Both the position numbers and the translations under genes were made by a program. A DNA stretch of 64,000 nt from Raillietiella orientalis. Lineage: Eukaryota. This document shows, piece after piece, positions 48,930 to 61,700 of this stretch (position 1 is the stretch's first letter; every line of letters begins with the position of its first letter). The notes under the pieces were generated by a model. The model was not told the DNA's origin, searched no databases, and worked only from the letters and a program-made list of their open reading frames with translations. The stretch is from the NCBI GenBank assembly GCA_036172245.1, contig JAYWIR010000054.1:744001-808000 (forward strand). Direction: 5' to 3'.

Positions 48930-51900
48930 TGTGCGCAGCAGTGTGACTAGACGGGTGCGTCTTCCTCCAAGGTTCAGCGACTCCTCCAGAAAGTTGAGCA
49001 AGGGAATCTTCCCGTTCGTGGAGGTGGATCCAAAGGAGCAGCGAAGGGTCCGAAACTGCACCCGCCGGACATCCCTGATCCTTGGACCTCGAGTGCAACT
49101 GTAAAGTCGTACCCTCTCCTTTTCGCGCTTCTCGAGCGCGCAAGGTTGCACCCGGAAGCATCGGTTCCCAGTTTCCGGAACGAGAGCTGCTCACCTGTCC
49201 AGGCTGATGCAAATGATGAGGAAGCTGGACACGTAGAGGCCGTAGATGCGAAAGAAAGCCATCACACGGCACATGGCCTCTCCCGCCCACCACGACACTG
49301 TCGCCGCCCAAGCGATCTCCAGAGGCATCATCAGGAATGTGACCTGAAAACCAAACAGCAAGGGTCACTTCTTGTGGCTGCGGTGGCAGCTCATGGAGAC
49401 AACGACAGAAAGGGAGCTCCTCCTTTCCTTCTGAGCTCCTTTTTCCTTCGGCAAGAAGGGGGAGCACGTGGTCCAAAGACCAGAAGAAGGGAAGAGTAGC
49501 AAAGGAGAGTCCGCGCGAATCGTGAGGATGCCTCAAACAGCCACCAGGGTGAGCGTACATCGGAGCGGGTGAGCACGGGGAGCGCTCCTGAGGTTCGAAG
49601 ACTCCCTTGGTTCCCTATGAGGGAAGCAGAAATGCCCTTTGGAGCACTCCCCTCCGTACGAACAGGACTGCATCTTCCACCATAATGCAGCAGCTGCGCC
49701 GGACAGTGCTTGCCTCCAGGACCGGACCGATCCCTGGTCTGTTTCTCCTGCAGCGGTCTCTCGCTCACTGCACCACCCGATGGAGATCGCTTAGGATTGT
49801 GTGTGCCCGCATGCAATAGACGGTGTGTGCGCCATTAAATCACGTGTCTTCATGCACACGAGACTGCGTGTGCTTAGGTGCGCAGGGCAGGGAGTACACG
49901 TGAGCAATAGGAATCGACATTTAGGTGACTCAGATCAGCACACACTGCCCCAGAATAGGTGCGGTGGTCCGATGCATTTCCAGACGGTCGTGACGGAGAC
50001 AGCAGTGGTGGAGAAGTCGTGTCTATCCCCTTCCGTCTCACGTCTGATCGTTGAGCTCAGCGACGAAATAGCACAAGTACCCCATCGCAGCTGGAGGTTC
50101 CCCATTCCTTCTTGCTCGCATCTGAGTGCCAACTTCCGTCACTCTGCCCTCGAAGCGGTCGCGCCAGATTGCGTTACCCTGAGCACCGGAACGAGTCTCA
50201 GCGATCCGCAATCACCCTTCGGTGCTTGCGGGTCGCTCGTTTCGGTGTCTGGCACTCCCTCTTTGCGTTCCTCTGAGGAGCCGCCATCCTGTCGGTTTTG
50301 TAACCCTCTCTGCAGAGCTAACGAACAGCGGTGCCGCGGTGGCATTGAACGCTCGAGGTCGGAGGGCGGCCGAACCTTTCAAGAAACAGAGGAAGACCCG
50401 TTGGCACGGTACGGGGAGAAACACAAGAGGCTGGAAGGTGGGAGAGCGGTCAGGAGAAGACTCAGTCACCGCCTTAGGGCTCTGTCGGGTAGCCACCTTG
50501 AGCGGAGAGCCTGATGGAAAATTCCCACTTCCTCCGTGGGATTGACAAACGCGTGTGAACCTGATGAGGGTACTGACACACTCTCTTTCTGCTCCTGGTT
50601 CGGTGACTCGCGGCGAGACCACAGATGCAGCGACGGCGACGAGGTATACCGTCGCGAGAGGTCGTACACGCGTCGATGAACCGGCACGGCATGGCAGGTG
50701 CGGCGCGCAGCGGAGCTCCCTGCTGGCTGGAATCGCCTTAGCGAATTCCTGCCCGGAAGGTTACCTAGGAAACAGTGAAGGGTAAGGGGTAAAGGGAGGA
50801 GGCAAGCGGAGCGCTTCGCCGCAGAGAGACCAATGCTTGACCTCATTCGGCCAACGATCCCATGGTGCAGCGTCTCCCACGCATGGCGCGGTGGTGACCG
50901 TTTTGAACCCGCTCCTCCACCTCCCGGAGGAGGGGTCGATGCCAAGCGTCTCCTCAGGCCATGGGAGGATGAGGAGACGCTTCTTCGGCATTGCTGGCGG
51001 CAGCCCAGCCGAGTTCCTCGAGCCGAAGAAAAGAGTGCCCGGGCCGGCACTCATCTCCTGTCCAAGATATACGGCTCGCGGTCCTCATCAGGCGAGGAGG
51101 AGGAGAAGGAATGAAAGAAGCATGAGAGAGCAAACCTCCTTCTTCCGAGTCCGCGAAGGAGGATGCCGTCCTCCTTCAACGAGAAAATCTTCCCCATCTG
51201 AGGACAAAGCGCGCATGGCCTCATCCCGTCGAAGGTCGCGTCGGATCATGTGGACGAGTCGTCTTTGATTTGCATTCCGGCTGCAGACTCCGCGCCTCCG
51301 GAGCGGAAGGAACGACCATTCAAGCGGGGTCCCCCACCAAGCAGAGTCACCTGGGAGACCTGACCAGCCGAAAGAGGTCAGGGTGAGGTCACGGTGAGGG
51401 AGGCTCCATTCCCGTTTGGCAACCTCGCTCTGACAAAGTGCAGCGCGGAGAGCGACACCGCACTGCCCAAGTGAACACGGCGGTGGACCGGGTTGGGGTC
51501 CACCCTTGTTTCTCCCCTTTCTGGCAAGACTCGATGTCTTAAAGCTTGTCCTTTCAGAGCTCCGCTGTCCTCTTCCCCATCTCAAGCGCAGCCAGAGAAA
51601 CCTCGAGGGAGTTGCATTTTTCCAATGTGGTTGGAGTCTTCATCGCGCGACCTATTCGTGCAAAAGGCTTGATACGGGATGCGAGTCGCCCAGGCGACGA
51701 GCGCGTTCCGGACCGCTACTCTCCTGTTGGCTGCCAGGTGAGTGAAACTACTCTCTCCGTGTGGTCCGTCTCGTCTCCGTGGAGACGGGAGACTATGTAC
51801 CCAGCTATTAAGCCTGAAGAGCACCAGAGGATTGAAGAAGGCAGAAGGTGCACTAGCGATGGCAATGGGCAGGGCGCCTTATAACGGAGAAACCTCAAGG
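48930..51900 (-). mobile_element. Decayed LINE ORF2 remnants on both sides of receptor exon 2
   Basis: CLVGDP (~51335), WDRWPNEVK (~50860) and GHTILSD (~49800) lie upstream of exon 2. SRSKDQGCP (RGVRQGCP-like, ~49075) lies downstream. Confidence 0.45.
49195..49343 (-). CDS. AKHR: AKH/RPCH-type receptor coding exon 2 (TM2-TM3)
   Basis: Acceptor tgtttggttttcag, donor GTGAGC, 149 nt. Translates VTFLMMPLEIAWAATVSWWAGEAMCRVMAFFRIYGLYVSSFLIICISLDR, with R split in phase 2. The ORF track does not show it in this frame. Confidence 0.95.
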
Positions 51901-52149
51901 AAAAGTGGCGTGAGGAAAGAGCAGGATGGTCTAGGCCACCTCTTCTTCCCAGCTTGCCCTCCCTGAGCAAGAACGAGGGTGACTGCACATCCCCACTGCA
52001 GTCCACTGTCTCCCTCTCTTTCTCCCTGTCGCGCTCATGCACCAACCGACGGGTCGCGTGTCACCCTAAACGTATCGGGATGAGGAAGCGAGAGCGGTAG
52101 CCCTGGAGATGGTGGTCGGCTTGGACACGAGCGCACGCAGCCCGAATTT

Positions 52150-52420
52150 CCTATTCTCTGTTCCTACCGCCATCATCGTTCGTCGTCGTGACACTGTCTC
52201 CTGCGTCGCCATGAGCAGTCAACCAGAACCAATCACCTCGACCTTCGTAACCATCGCTACCGCCATTGGGATTGCTATCGTCATCGTCATGTCTTTTCGA
52301 ATACCATCGCAATTGTCTTAGCATCACCGGCACCGCCGTCACAGTCGTCGCCATGATGATTGCAACTGCAGCCGCCACCATTACCATCCTCCTCGCCGTT
52401 GTCAGCAACCACCACCGTTC
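52150..52420 (+). repeat. Degenerate trinucleotide low-complexity tract (CAT/CGT/CCA)
   Basis: Runs such as catcatcgt, tcgtcatcgtcat and gccgccaccattaccatcctcctc. Confidence 0.7.
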
Positions 52421-53426
52421 TCTCTCTAGTCGCGATCCACCAAATGCTCATCGGGGACCGTCAGCGCGCGCGTGAGTTTCTACCATTGTAACCTCCTCTC
52501 GCAAATCTGTCGCCACGGCTCCTCTCCTTTACGTACCTCCCACAGGGTTCATGAGGGGGACTATAGGAGAACACCCTACCTTCCGGAGCCAGCCGATGAG
52601 GCTTCTGGTTCGTAGCCTCCGGTGGCACAGGAATATTACAAATTTCACTGACTGCGTTCTCTCCCCGCGGCGAAGACTTTCCGTTGACCAGTCAACCTCA
52701 TTCACTCCGGAGCTCCCCTTCTTTCCCTCGGTTCGCGCTGTCCAAGGGACAATTAGAGCAGCGGCAGTGGTTCATGGAGGGCTCGGCCGCAGGATCAGTC
52801 TTCCGCGGACATCAGGCTCTCGGAAGGACAGAGCATGGTGCAGGATATTCCTGACCAAATTCGTCTTCCGCGCGCAGGTTCGGATACGCGGGATCAGGGA
52901 AGCAGCATCCCGTCCTTCCGATTCTCAGCCTTTACCAGCCTTCGAACGCATTCTCCCGAGGCTTTCTAGATTGGAAGACAAACCAGCATTCCCTGGGAGC
53001 CTGCTCGACCAGGATGCGCCTCCTTCCTGGAGCCCGAACCGCATGCTTCGGGAAGGAGCGCGATCATCAAGAGCGACTATCCGCAGGAGGAACTTTCTAC
53101 GGACAGTCGCTCTTGATGGGAAAAAGATCGTGACCCAGAAGAAACGTAGTATGATCCTTAAAACTTCCGTCGCGAGTGATAGGTTCGTGCTAGCCTCCAG
53201 CGAAAAACAGTCTCTTTCCGGAAGACAAAAAACTTCTTCCCGGGAAGGAGCAAGATGAGCTCTGATGCACTGCCCTTTGTTTGCCCGGGCGTAGCATAGC
53301 TCACTTGAGACCGTCCTGGACGGACGGCGCGTGCCCCGCTCATTGTGAACTCAGGTCACCCTTCCGAAAGTCGGGAAGGGCGGCGACGGGGAGGGATGAG
53401 GTGGAACGCGATGCTGCTGGCCCTAC

Positions 53427-53666
53427 CATGAGATCAGCCGCCGACAGATGAAGGAGCATCAGGTTCATCCTCGACAGTCCACAGTGAAACTTCATCCTCA
53501 GGAGCGTGAGGCTGACGTAGATGTTCCCAATGGCAGCCAGGATCATCATAACGCTGTACACGCTTATGGAGATGATATGACCGTCGTTGAACTTCATATC
53601 GACGGGGAATTCGAACGTCGAGTTCGGTTCCGCGTCGAGCGTATCGTTAATCCAGACTCCAAACAT
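53427..53666 (-). CDS. AKHR: AKH/RPCH-type receptor (GnRH-receptor superfamily GPCR), coding exon 1: N-terminus, TM1, start of TM2
   Basis: Translates MFGVWINDTLDAEPNSTFEFPVDMKFNDGHIISISVYSVMMILAAIGN...LLHLSAADLM. The DMxFNxGH..SI..YS motif is typical of AKH receptors. TM1 GN, TM2 LxxADL and two N-glycosylation sequons (NDT, NST) are present. Donor GTAGG at 53426 (phase 0). An upstream acceptor (ttgcag/G at 53715) suggests a 5' UTR intron. Confidence 0.93.
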
Positions 53667-53672
53667 CGCGGT

Positions 53673-53693
53673 CTAATCCTTTGCCGTTTGCAT
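53673..53693 (-). promoter_or_regulatory. Upstream ORF (MQTAKD*) in GCCGCCATG context, in frame with the receptor start
   Basis: Minus strand reads GCCGCC ATG CAA ACG GCA AAG GAT TAG ACC GCG ATG TTT. The uATG is 27 nt upstream of the main ATG. Confidence 0.6.
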
Positions 53694-53798
53694 GGCGGCG
53701 CGGATGTCGTAGGACCTGCAACGAACACCAAATCCACACTCAAGAATCGTTCTCTACAGACAGCAATATCAAATTCAAAAATTACAGAAACAACAAGA

Positions 53799-55498
53799 AA
53801 ACGAAACGGTGGACGCGCTTAAACGCGTCCCTCCACGGGCAGACACGTTGCAAATCAGCAAATGCATTACTCAGATGTGTTCTCTTCGAAAGGGCGTTCG
53901 CCTCCTTTGCTCCCGTCATCCGAGGCGCTTCGCCCCAAACAACGTCACGATAGACGAACATCCGTCGAGTACGTCGCCGTCGACGCCCCGCCAGGGAGTG
54001 ACCGCGCGCCCCATTTGTTTGGTGCGTCCTGTCGGAAGGATTCGCATGCGAACACCCGCAGGAAGAACACGTCACGACAACGATGCGTTGCGACGGCCGA
54101 CTTCCGTCAGGTCACCCTCTCACGGGTTGCACGCAAGAGCAACGGAAGCGTTTCCCGCATGCCATCTCGGAGAATGTGCTCGAATCTCTGAAAATCATCG
54201 GTACTCGCGTGCACGTGCACGCTCGCACTTCGGTCGGCTGATTTCAATGACACGGTGCGCTCCCCAAATGGGCAGTCAGGGTTCGTACCCACAAATTGCC
54301 CCAAATTGCCAGCGTTTGCAGCGCGTCCAGCCGCGCTTCCGCGATTCCCGGCACTTCCCTGGAGATGCTGCCGAGAAACGGCGCTCGAGCAAGGGCTCGT
54401 TCGTCCGAGCTCTGCTCGGCGAAGCGCTTCGCTGAAGGTCGCCCAGACTGGGGTGGTCACGGGAACAAAAGGGTGCATAGGGAGGAGACGAGGTCAAGTA
54501 CGCTGTCTCGCGCGGGCGCCAAATAGAGAGGAAAAACCATTCGCGTCGTAGCTCGTCCGGAAGTGCATCCCTCCTTTCTGGGTGGAGGCTGCGAAGGTGG
54601 TTGCCTCGCACGAAAATAAGGTCACTCCGATCCTGAGAAACGCTCGAAACTGGAGAATGGTCGAATGATCGGAAGGCCAAAACCGCATCTCGTGCGAAGG
54701 TAGAGACCTCTTTTTCGTGCTGTCCCGTGGCGCTTGATGTCGGTACCCGACAGCGACCGGTGATGGAACCAGAGAGGTCAAGTTGGCACTTTGCCGTTTC
54801 TGATCGGAGCATTTGTCTGCTGTCTCTTCCTGCTGTCTTTCCTGCTGCAGATTTTTCTTCCAGAGGACGAGTCGGGAACGACTCTATGTGGCTTGAGGTG
54901 GTTTCTTTTCGATCGTGAAGAACTTGGCATGCTTATCATGAGGGCGTTTCGTTGGAGGGGCTTTCTGCGAGAGGTTCTCACGGATAGTGGGCCCAATCCG
55001 CGTGCTCGTCGGGAATCGCGCCCTGGGCAGTGAATGTTGAAAAAAGGTTGACTGGATCAGGTACTAAGTTCGTGGTTGCCGGACTCATGCCTTCCTTTTG
55101 TCCCGGATGTTTCGTGAAAGAGGTGATGAGTTCCGTCTGCGGAGAGTGATTCGCCGGAGGAGGAATGTGCTCGAGGGAGGAAATGCAATGAGGGCCTGCG
55201 CGTCCTTCTTTGCTGGCTTGTCCGTCCCACTTTGCTTTCCTCGCACGTAGGTCTGTCGCATCCAAGGCGTTCGCGCTGCCCGCTGTGAGACGGCGTGCTG
55301 TTTCTCGAGTGGGCACGCTGCTGCGGAGGCCCATTCGCGCGAGTGGCGCGGGGAGAAACGTATCCCCAAGGAATGAATGGTGGGAGTCGCTTAGCTGTTG
55401 AGTTTGCGAGAGCTTGGAGTCTTTGGCGCTTGGTATCGAATTTGCCGCGTGGTTTTTCTGCCTCTCCTTAAAACAGAGTTGGCGCACCGCCACTTCGC
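53799..55498 (-). repeat. 1.7-kb repeat, copy 2, ending ~85 bp from the acceptor of the receptor's first coding exon
   Basis: Reverse complement of 20730-22428 at ~99% identity. Confidence 0.97.
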
Positions 55499-58249
55499 TA
55501 TGTTGTCGTTCGAAAAATCACTCGGTGCGAAACACAAAGATGAAACCAGGAGTTGCTCGAGGATGTGACCACGGATCCACTATGAGTACTCCCAGGAAGA
55601 GGTGATGTGCGTCCTTGCTGGAGCTTGCGGGTCCAAAGGGTGGTAAATTTTTCTAGCCATTCTGTGCGGCTTCTGTTCTGCCGCCTTGCAGCAGCATTTT
55701 TCTGCACAAACATAAAATCTTGATCTCTTTTTAAAAATGCAGAGCAACGGTGATGAAAGAAGCACTCTCGATCAATGGAGGGGAACTTTGGCTCCAGAAC
55801 ATCGCTCTGCATAACGGATGCTGTCGCAGCGAATTCCCGACAAACTGAATTCGAGGAAGTGCACAGGAAACATTTTTCCAGGGATGCCACTGCATTTCTG
55901 AGCTGCCCTTCGTTGCTTAGGAATGCAGGTGTGAAAAAGGGTTGCTGTAGTGCTGTACAGATACGCAGTCTGCGCGGCCCATGTACAGATACGCTTTGTA
56001 CTTTGGGGATGCCTTTGATGGAGATTTTGCCCGAGATCTGAAATTCGTCTGAGATTCTCTCCCGACGCATTGGGTTGGAAAATTCCTTCTCATACTGGAC
56101 ATTTTTGGAACATCAGCGACCCCGGGTCGGACAACTATTGAGTGAATTGAACGCTTGGATTGCCGGGAGCTGAAGGGAAGGCACACGCGCCGTTTTTCTT
56201 TGGATTAGTCAAAAGTCGTGAGAAGTTGCTCCTGAAGAATCGTGAAGGTCATCCTCTGGCAGACCAGGTGAAGGAGATCGAGAGATCAAGGGAAACGGAT
56301 GCCAGAGGATAGGGAGAGAACAAACAAACAAACAGAAGAATGCCTTATGGAGGTGAATTTTCTGCTTGGATGTGAAGTACGTGTCTGATGATGGCAAGAG
56401 TATTTAGCGACGAGTGGCACTCCCCACCATCGCCGTTTCTCTCTCCGCGCCGCAGCTCGTAGACAACCGTGCGAAAGGAATCGGTCTCTTTTCACGAAGC
56501 AAAGGACTTCTCTCTTGGTCCTTGATCGAAGGAGCGGGTGCTGGGAGCACAGCTTCATTCGCTACGACAGAAGGCCAGTAACGTGCCAGGTGCCAAAACT
56601 GCGGTGGGCCACCGACCGAGTACGCAGCGGCAAGAAACGAAAACCACGGCGGCTGGAGCGATCCACGGCCGCGTGGCACCTGCTGGAGTGCGTTTGCGGA
56701 CTCGTCCAGCTCTTCCTGACCAATGCTATCACACTCTACAGAGTATACAGAGTTCTCCTTATGGAGCTACCCCTCTAAGAGAGGGTTGAAAGAGTCATTC
56801 GACCCCTTCGGTGCTGGTGCGCTCCCTCTTCGTTGTTTTCTAAGGTCCACTACCTCTGCCCTTCCGATTCGAGCAGTAGCTGTTCTCTCGGTTCCTCTTT
56901 CTTTTGGCTCTTTAGCCTCCATTTTTCTCCTAAGTGAGATCTCTCCAGCAGTCCTCGTCTCCAGTGGAAAAATCGCATCGACCACTTGCTCCATGGTGCA
57001 GAGATAGAGGAAGGATAAACATCCTTCCTCTCTCTCTTCTTTCCGTCGAATTAAGGGAAAGGGGAAAACTCCGGATGGATCCGGGAGGCAGTAGGGTTGC
57101 TTCATACGCGGTGTTTCTAGCAAAAGGAGGAATCCAGGGTCTGGGGGACAACCGCCATGCATATTACAAGCTCCTTTTCCTAGAGGATGATCCTGAAGGT
57201 CATCTTTCCATTAGCACCACTCTTATCGGGATTCTGTTCTCTATCCCTTCTTCCAGTCCTGTCATGACGCGGTCGATTTGGCTGGAAGGTTGATCTTCCT
57301 TGTTGCAGCGTAGGCTGCTGCGATGCCCGAGACACTCGATTTATGATCAGCATGGTCGGCTGGAATAGGAGGGGGTCTTCGGGGAGTTCTTCACAACAGC
57401 AGCCCGCTGGCCGTACACTGCGCAACTATGAAGGGCAGTCACTAGAAACCGCAGTCGCTTGCCAGGTGCTTCGTCCGGGTAACCAGGGAGGTCGACTAGT
57501 CAGCGCTTGCTTCCGCGCGCTCGCGTCTGTCTCTCTCTCTGTCCTGAAGATCTCCCGTCCGCGAATGACGACGGGGGCGCCTCCGGTGAGGGACGCGCTC
57601 CAGGTGCTGTCGACTTGCTCTGAGCTTGTCCAGATCATCCCAGAGCTCCTCCTCTTCTCCCATCTTCTGTGATGCTGGAGATGGAGCGAACGGCTGGTCC
57701 ATGCTCGCGTATTTGTTTTTCCAGAATATTTCAAGCAGTAGACGACGCGAAAAAGGCATAAAACCACGGAACAGAAGGAGCTCGATGAACCAATCAGACT
57801 ACACTTTGATCTTAGCCAAAAGGCCTAGAACAGATTCTAGAAACGTTCTGGAAACAGATGCTGAATGTATGTTCGCCGCAAGACATCCTGCTGGATATCC
57901 TGAATGGAGTGTCACTGCATGTACGTGACCTGACCATCTGAAAATCGCGATCTTCGCAGGGCGGCACGAGAACTTTCTCAGCGGAGGTCTCGCTCGTATG
58001 AGGGGAAAGCCTCGCCGACCAGACCATGGTCGTGAAAGGATGGAAACCTCCAGAGAGCGAGGAGAACTCTTCTTTCCATCTCCATTCCGACAAGCAAGGT
58101 TACGGTCGCATTCTGCGGGCGGCGGACTGTGTCATTTCGCAAAGCGGATGACCTTCTGTTTGGTTCGTAGAGTACCTCAAGAACCGTTCGCCGTCCCGCG
58201 TCTCACGAGAAAAAAAAAAAAAAAAAGAACCAATCAGAGGGAAAATTGA

Positions 58250-61200
58250 GGTGACTTAAGGAAATATTGAAGAACTTGGATGACCAAAGATAAGCCGGAT
58301 TTTGGTTGGATGCACATCTCTTTCAGTGGATGCCCTTTACGCTTATCTTCCTCTTTTTTCATTTTCCGAGATTCCAAAAACCCTGAGATGCTTTCTCTTA
58401 CTAGTATGAATGATGTAAAAAATTCTCAGGTGCACCCTGGTGAGCAATTTCGTGTTGGTACTCCAGTTGAAATGAAAAGCTTTACGACATTTGCTTCTGG
58501 GGATCATCAGAATGTCCCGAATTGTCGACTCCTAAATGAGATGGTGACACAATCCTGGATCATGACTCCATTCTTCGATGCATACCACTGTGGTAAAGAG
58601 AGCGAGTGCAGTGTTTACGAGGAGTGTTACTTCCTGTTCCAATGACTTTAAATCTTCAGCGTGGAGGCCTTGTTGGCTTCGTCGTTGCGGTCGAAGCATT
58701 GGCCCTGCGATCAGTGTTTGTGAGTATGAAGCGTTCCTAGGAGAGGTCGAGCTGCCTCACCACTAAGAATCAGGGGTTAGTTGATCAAAAGCTGTTGGAG
58801 CAAGCCTGCTTGCTTGATCCAGCAACTCCAATCTGATGGTCTTCTGGATATTCGACTTGATAGATCCGAAGTCGTTGCACAGACGATAGTGCTTCAGCTG
58901 GCGCGTCTAATAAGTTTCTGGGCTATGCTGAATGTTGAATGACACGACCATCTTGTCGCATATCTGTGGCATTCCTGCATACTCAGCGACAAAGCACATC
59001 TCTTCACCAATTGTAGACGGCAACGGAGGAGAGATTGGAAGTGGTATCCTATCAGAAGTTCATATACGAAGTAAACTCTTGCTTCCGTATGGATCCTGTA
59101 TTGCTCAAGGGAAGCAGAACGGTCATCCTAGACGTTTCGTGCTCCTTAGAGAGCGCTCTTGCAGCATTCAGTCATGTTCGAGTAAGGAAAGGGGATGTAT
59201 AGGCTTCTCTGCCTCCCTGTAGGCTGTGGATGTTCAGGTGGCTACCGGAGTCCCAAGAACAACTCTCTAAGGTTTTGGGAATCGACAAATTGAATAGATG
59301 ATGAAATTGCAGGAGTTATCACGGCTACACTTTGACAAAATGAGTAACCTTATAGTTGCACTAAAATCCTGACGCTCTGTATATCGAACCCAAAAATTGG
59401 GATATTGCCCAGAAGATCGATGCTCAAGAAGAACTGGGATCAACCGATGAGAATCAGGAGGAGGATTTTGTGAGTGATGGAACAGTCTCATGAGTACAGA
59501 AGAAGAATGTGCTCACGGCAAGAAGATGAGGAACACAAATATCCTTACCTCTCTTTTCTATGCAATACCTCTTTGTACTCGAATAAACAGAGCTGGTTAG
59601 CACACACACTCGTTGAACTTTCAACGTCGTCAGGACTTCGTTTTTGGTACCTCGGGAAACCAAGGACTTGTGAATCACGCTAGCCGAGACTTAGATTCCT
59701 TCCTGGTGCGCAAGCGAGGGCGAGACCGCCTAGGTTAACGGGATAGCCGCAACAGCGGTCGCCGGTCACTCCCGTGAGCCTCCGGCGGAATCACCAGACA
59801 AACCAAGGAGAGTTCCCTCTTCACCTTGCCAACCAAGAAGAGTCAGCATCCATCAGTTACCTCACTGGAGATTTACTTGGCCAATCGGCTCCTCAAGAGA
59901 GTATCATGTTTCAATTGATAAGTACCTAGAAAAGTGAGGTACTGGTGAATGCCTATTGTACGGGAGCAGCGAAATGTGTTTCAAACAACAGGATCCTATG
60001 AGTTGCCTCTTTCGGGTGGTCCTCTTTCTGCTTTCTCAGATTTCATCAAAAGAAGTCATTCGCCTGTTTTTGTTCGTTTGGCATCTGCGGCTCTCAAGGA
60101 GGGTCTTAAAGATGATAGAATGGAAACCATTCGGCCCTCCTCTCTAGAAGAAAATGACTTTTCCAGAGTTTGTCTTTCAAGCTCGTGAAGACATCTTGCT
60201 TTTGCTTTCCGGCGCGTCCATTATGGACACCTGAATAACGGCACTGCACATCGATTTGCCCTGCATTCTTCTCCGGCTCTTTCAGAATCCTTCTGCAGTG
60301 CTATTTCATTCTATTTTTCCCTTGACACTTCTTGAGGATGATTCCGCGACAAAGACCGAGTTGGAAGTCTGAAAAGGTGACCTTCGGCCAAGTCTTCTAG
60401 AGTACCAGAAGTCTCGAAAAATTCCGAAACCGATTAGAATCTTCCGAGAAATGGACCAGCAAGCTTACTTCCGTCTCCGATTGGGGAGTGGAGTTCACTG
60501 AGGCACACGCACGCGCACCCTTTCCTGATAATGAATTCCTTCACTTCAAGCGGTTGAGTGACTCTGGATCAGGATGCCGTATCAGACCTTCAGTGATTTC
60601 AAGAAGTGTGTGCTGCCCAGAAATAGAGGGAGCAGTTGTTAGAGTGACTTCCCTGAGGTCATAGGGAAACGATTTTGATGCATTCATGTTTCCAGTTTCT
60701 GTTTAATGTACTCTATGATATCGCATCAGTCAGATCATTAAGGATCGCATGCTCTGATGAAGTGTAACAACAGTCTGCGCTCAGTTCATTTCGGATCGGT
60801 ACCCAGGACTACGATCCTTCCCTTCCTCGAACAGCAACTCTTCATTGCTTCCCATCACTTTGACTCTTTGAACCCCCCCGGTGTGAGACGGCATGTTCAA
60901 AATGTTGAAGGGTCCTGAAGCTGTGATGGCACCTATTATTCCTCGCGTACTACTTCCTGAGTGACCTTGCGTTGACGGTCACGCAGCTCTTTAGTGTCAG
61001 TTCTCGTGATCCATTTCGGTCCATTGGAACCTCGAGATCCCAAGAACGGTGAAGTTCTGAGAGGTTAGGAAATAGCAAGAACGCTCAAGGACGATCTCTG
61101 TTTATTGATTGAGTCCTTACAGTCTCCATCATCTTGATATCTTGTCATCATCTTGTTCCGTTCGTATGAGGTCACCAGTTTGCTTCCAATAATCCTTCAT

Positions 61201-61700
61201 CTACATCCGTCTCTCTTACTTCCAGCTCTGTTTGGAAGTTTGTTTTATCAAGACGGTGCCCCAGACTGAGTCCAATGGATGTCTCGGTCATATTCAATGC
61301 CAAAGGTTCCTCACTTCTAAAATCAGTCAGCAGATTGCACTCGACTCCCAGGAATGGAAAGCGACTCCTTGGGCCGAGGGAATGATTTTTGGATGGAAAT
61401 GAAAACCAAAGAAGCGCTTTCCGGGAAGACAAACTCCATTTTGTACTGGCCTTACTGGTACATTCCTGTTGCTCATTTTCGACTTGACCGTACCACTTTT
61501 CGCTTGCCGACGATAAGTTTCAGATCGCCACTCGGCCTTTTGGCTAAGATAAAAGCGTAGTCCCAGGCGCACTCGTGCACTCTGTGAGAGAGCCAAGGTG
61601 AGAGAGCTGGGCTATGGATGTTCTCGACTTGAGAAATCTGAGGGCATTTGGAAGAACCACAATCTCTTTTGCTACCATCTCTCAACCAAGCACAGGAAAA
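58250..61700 (+). mobile_element. Decayed LINE ORF2 (APE and RT)
   Basis: IRLDR (~58855), TIRPSSLEENDF (~60130), SLD..DRV (~60320-60360) and SGCRIRP (~60570) occur in canonical order. Confidence 0.55.

Noticed and set aside
20730..55498. Giant TIR transposon (Maverick/Polinton-like) defined by the 1.7-kb inverted repeats
   Set aside because: No integrase, DNA polymerase B, ATPase or transposase ORF lies inside, and no TSD is visible at the outer ends.
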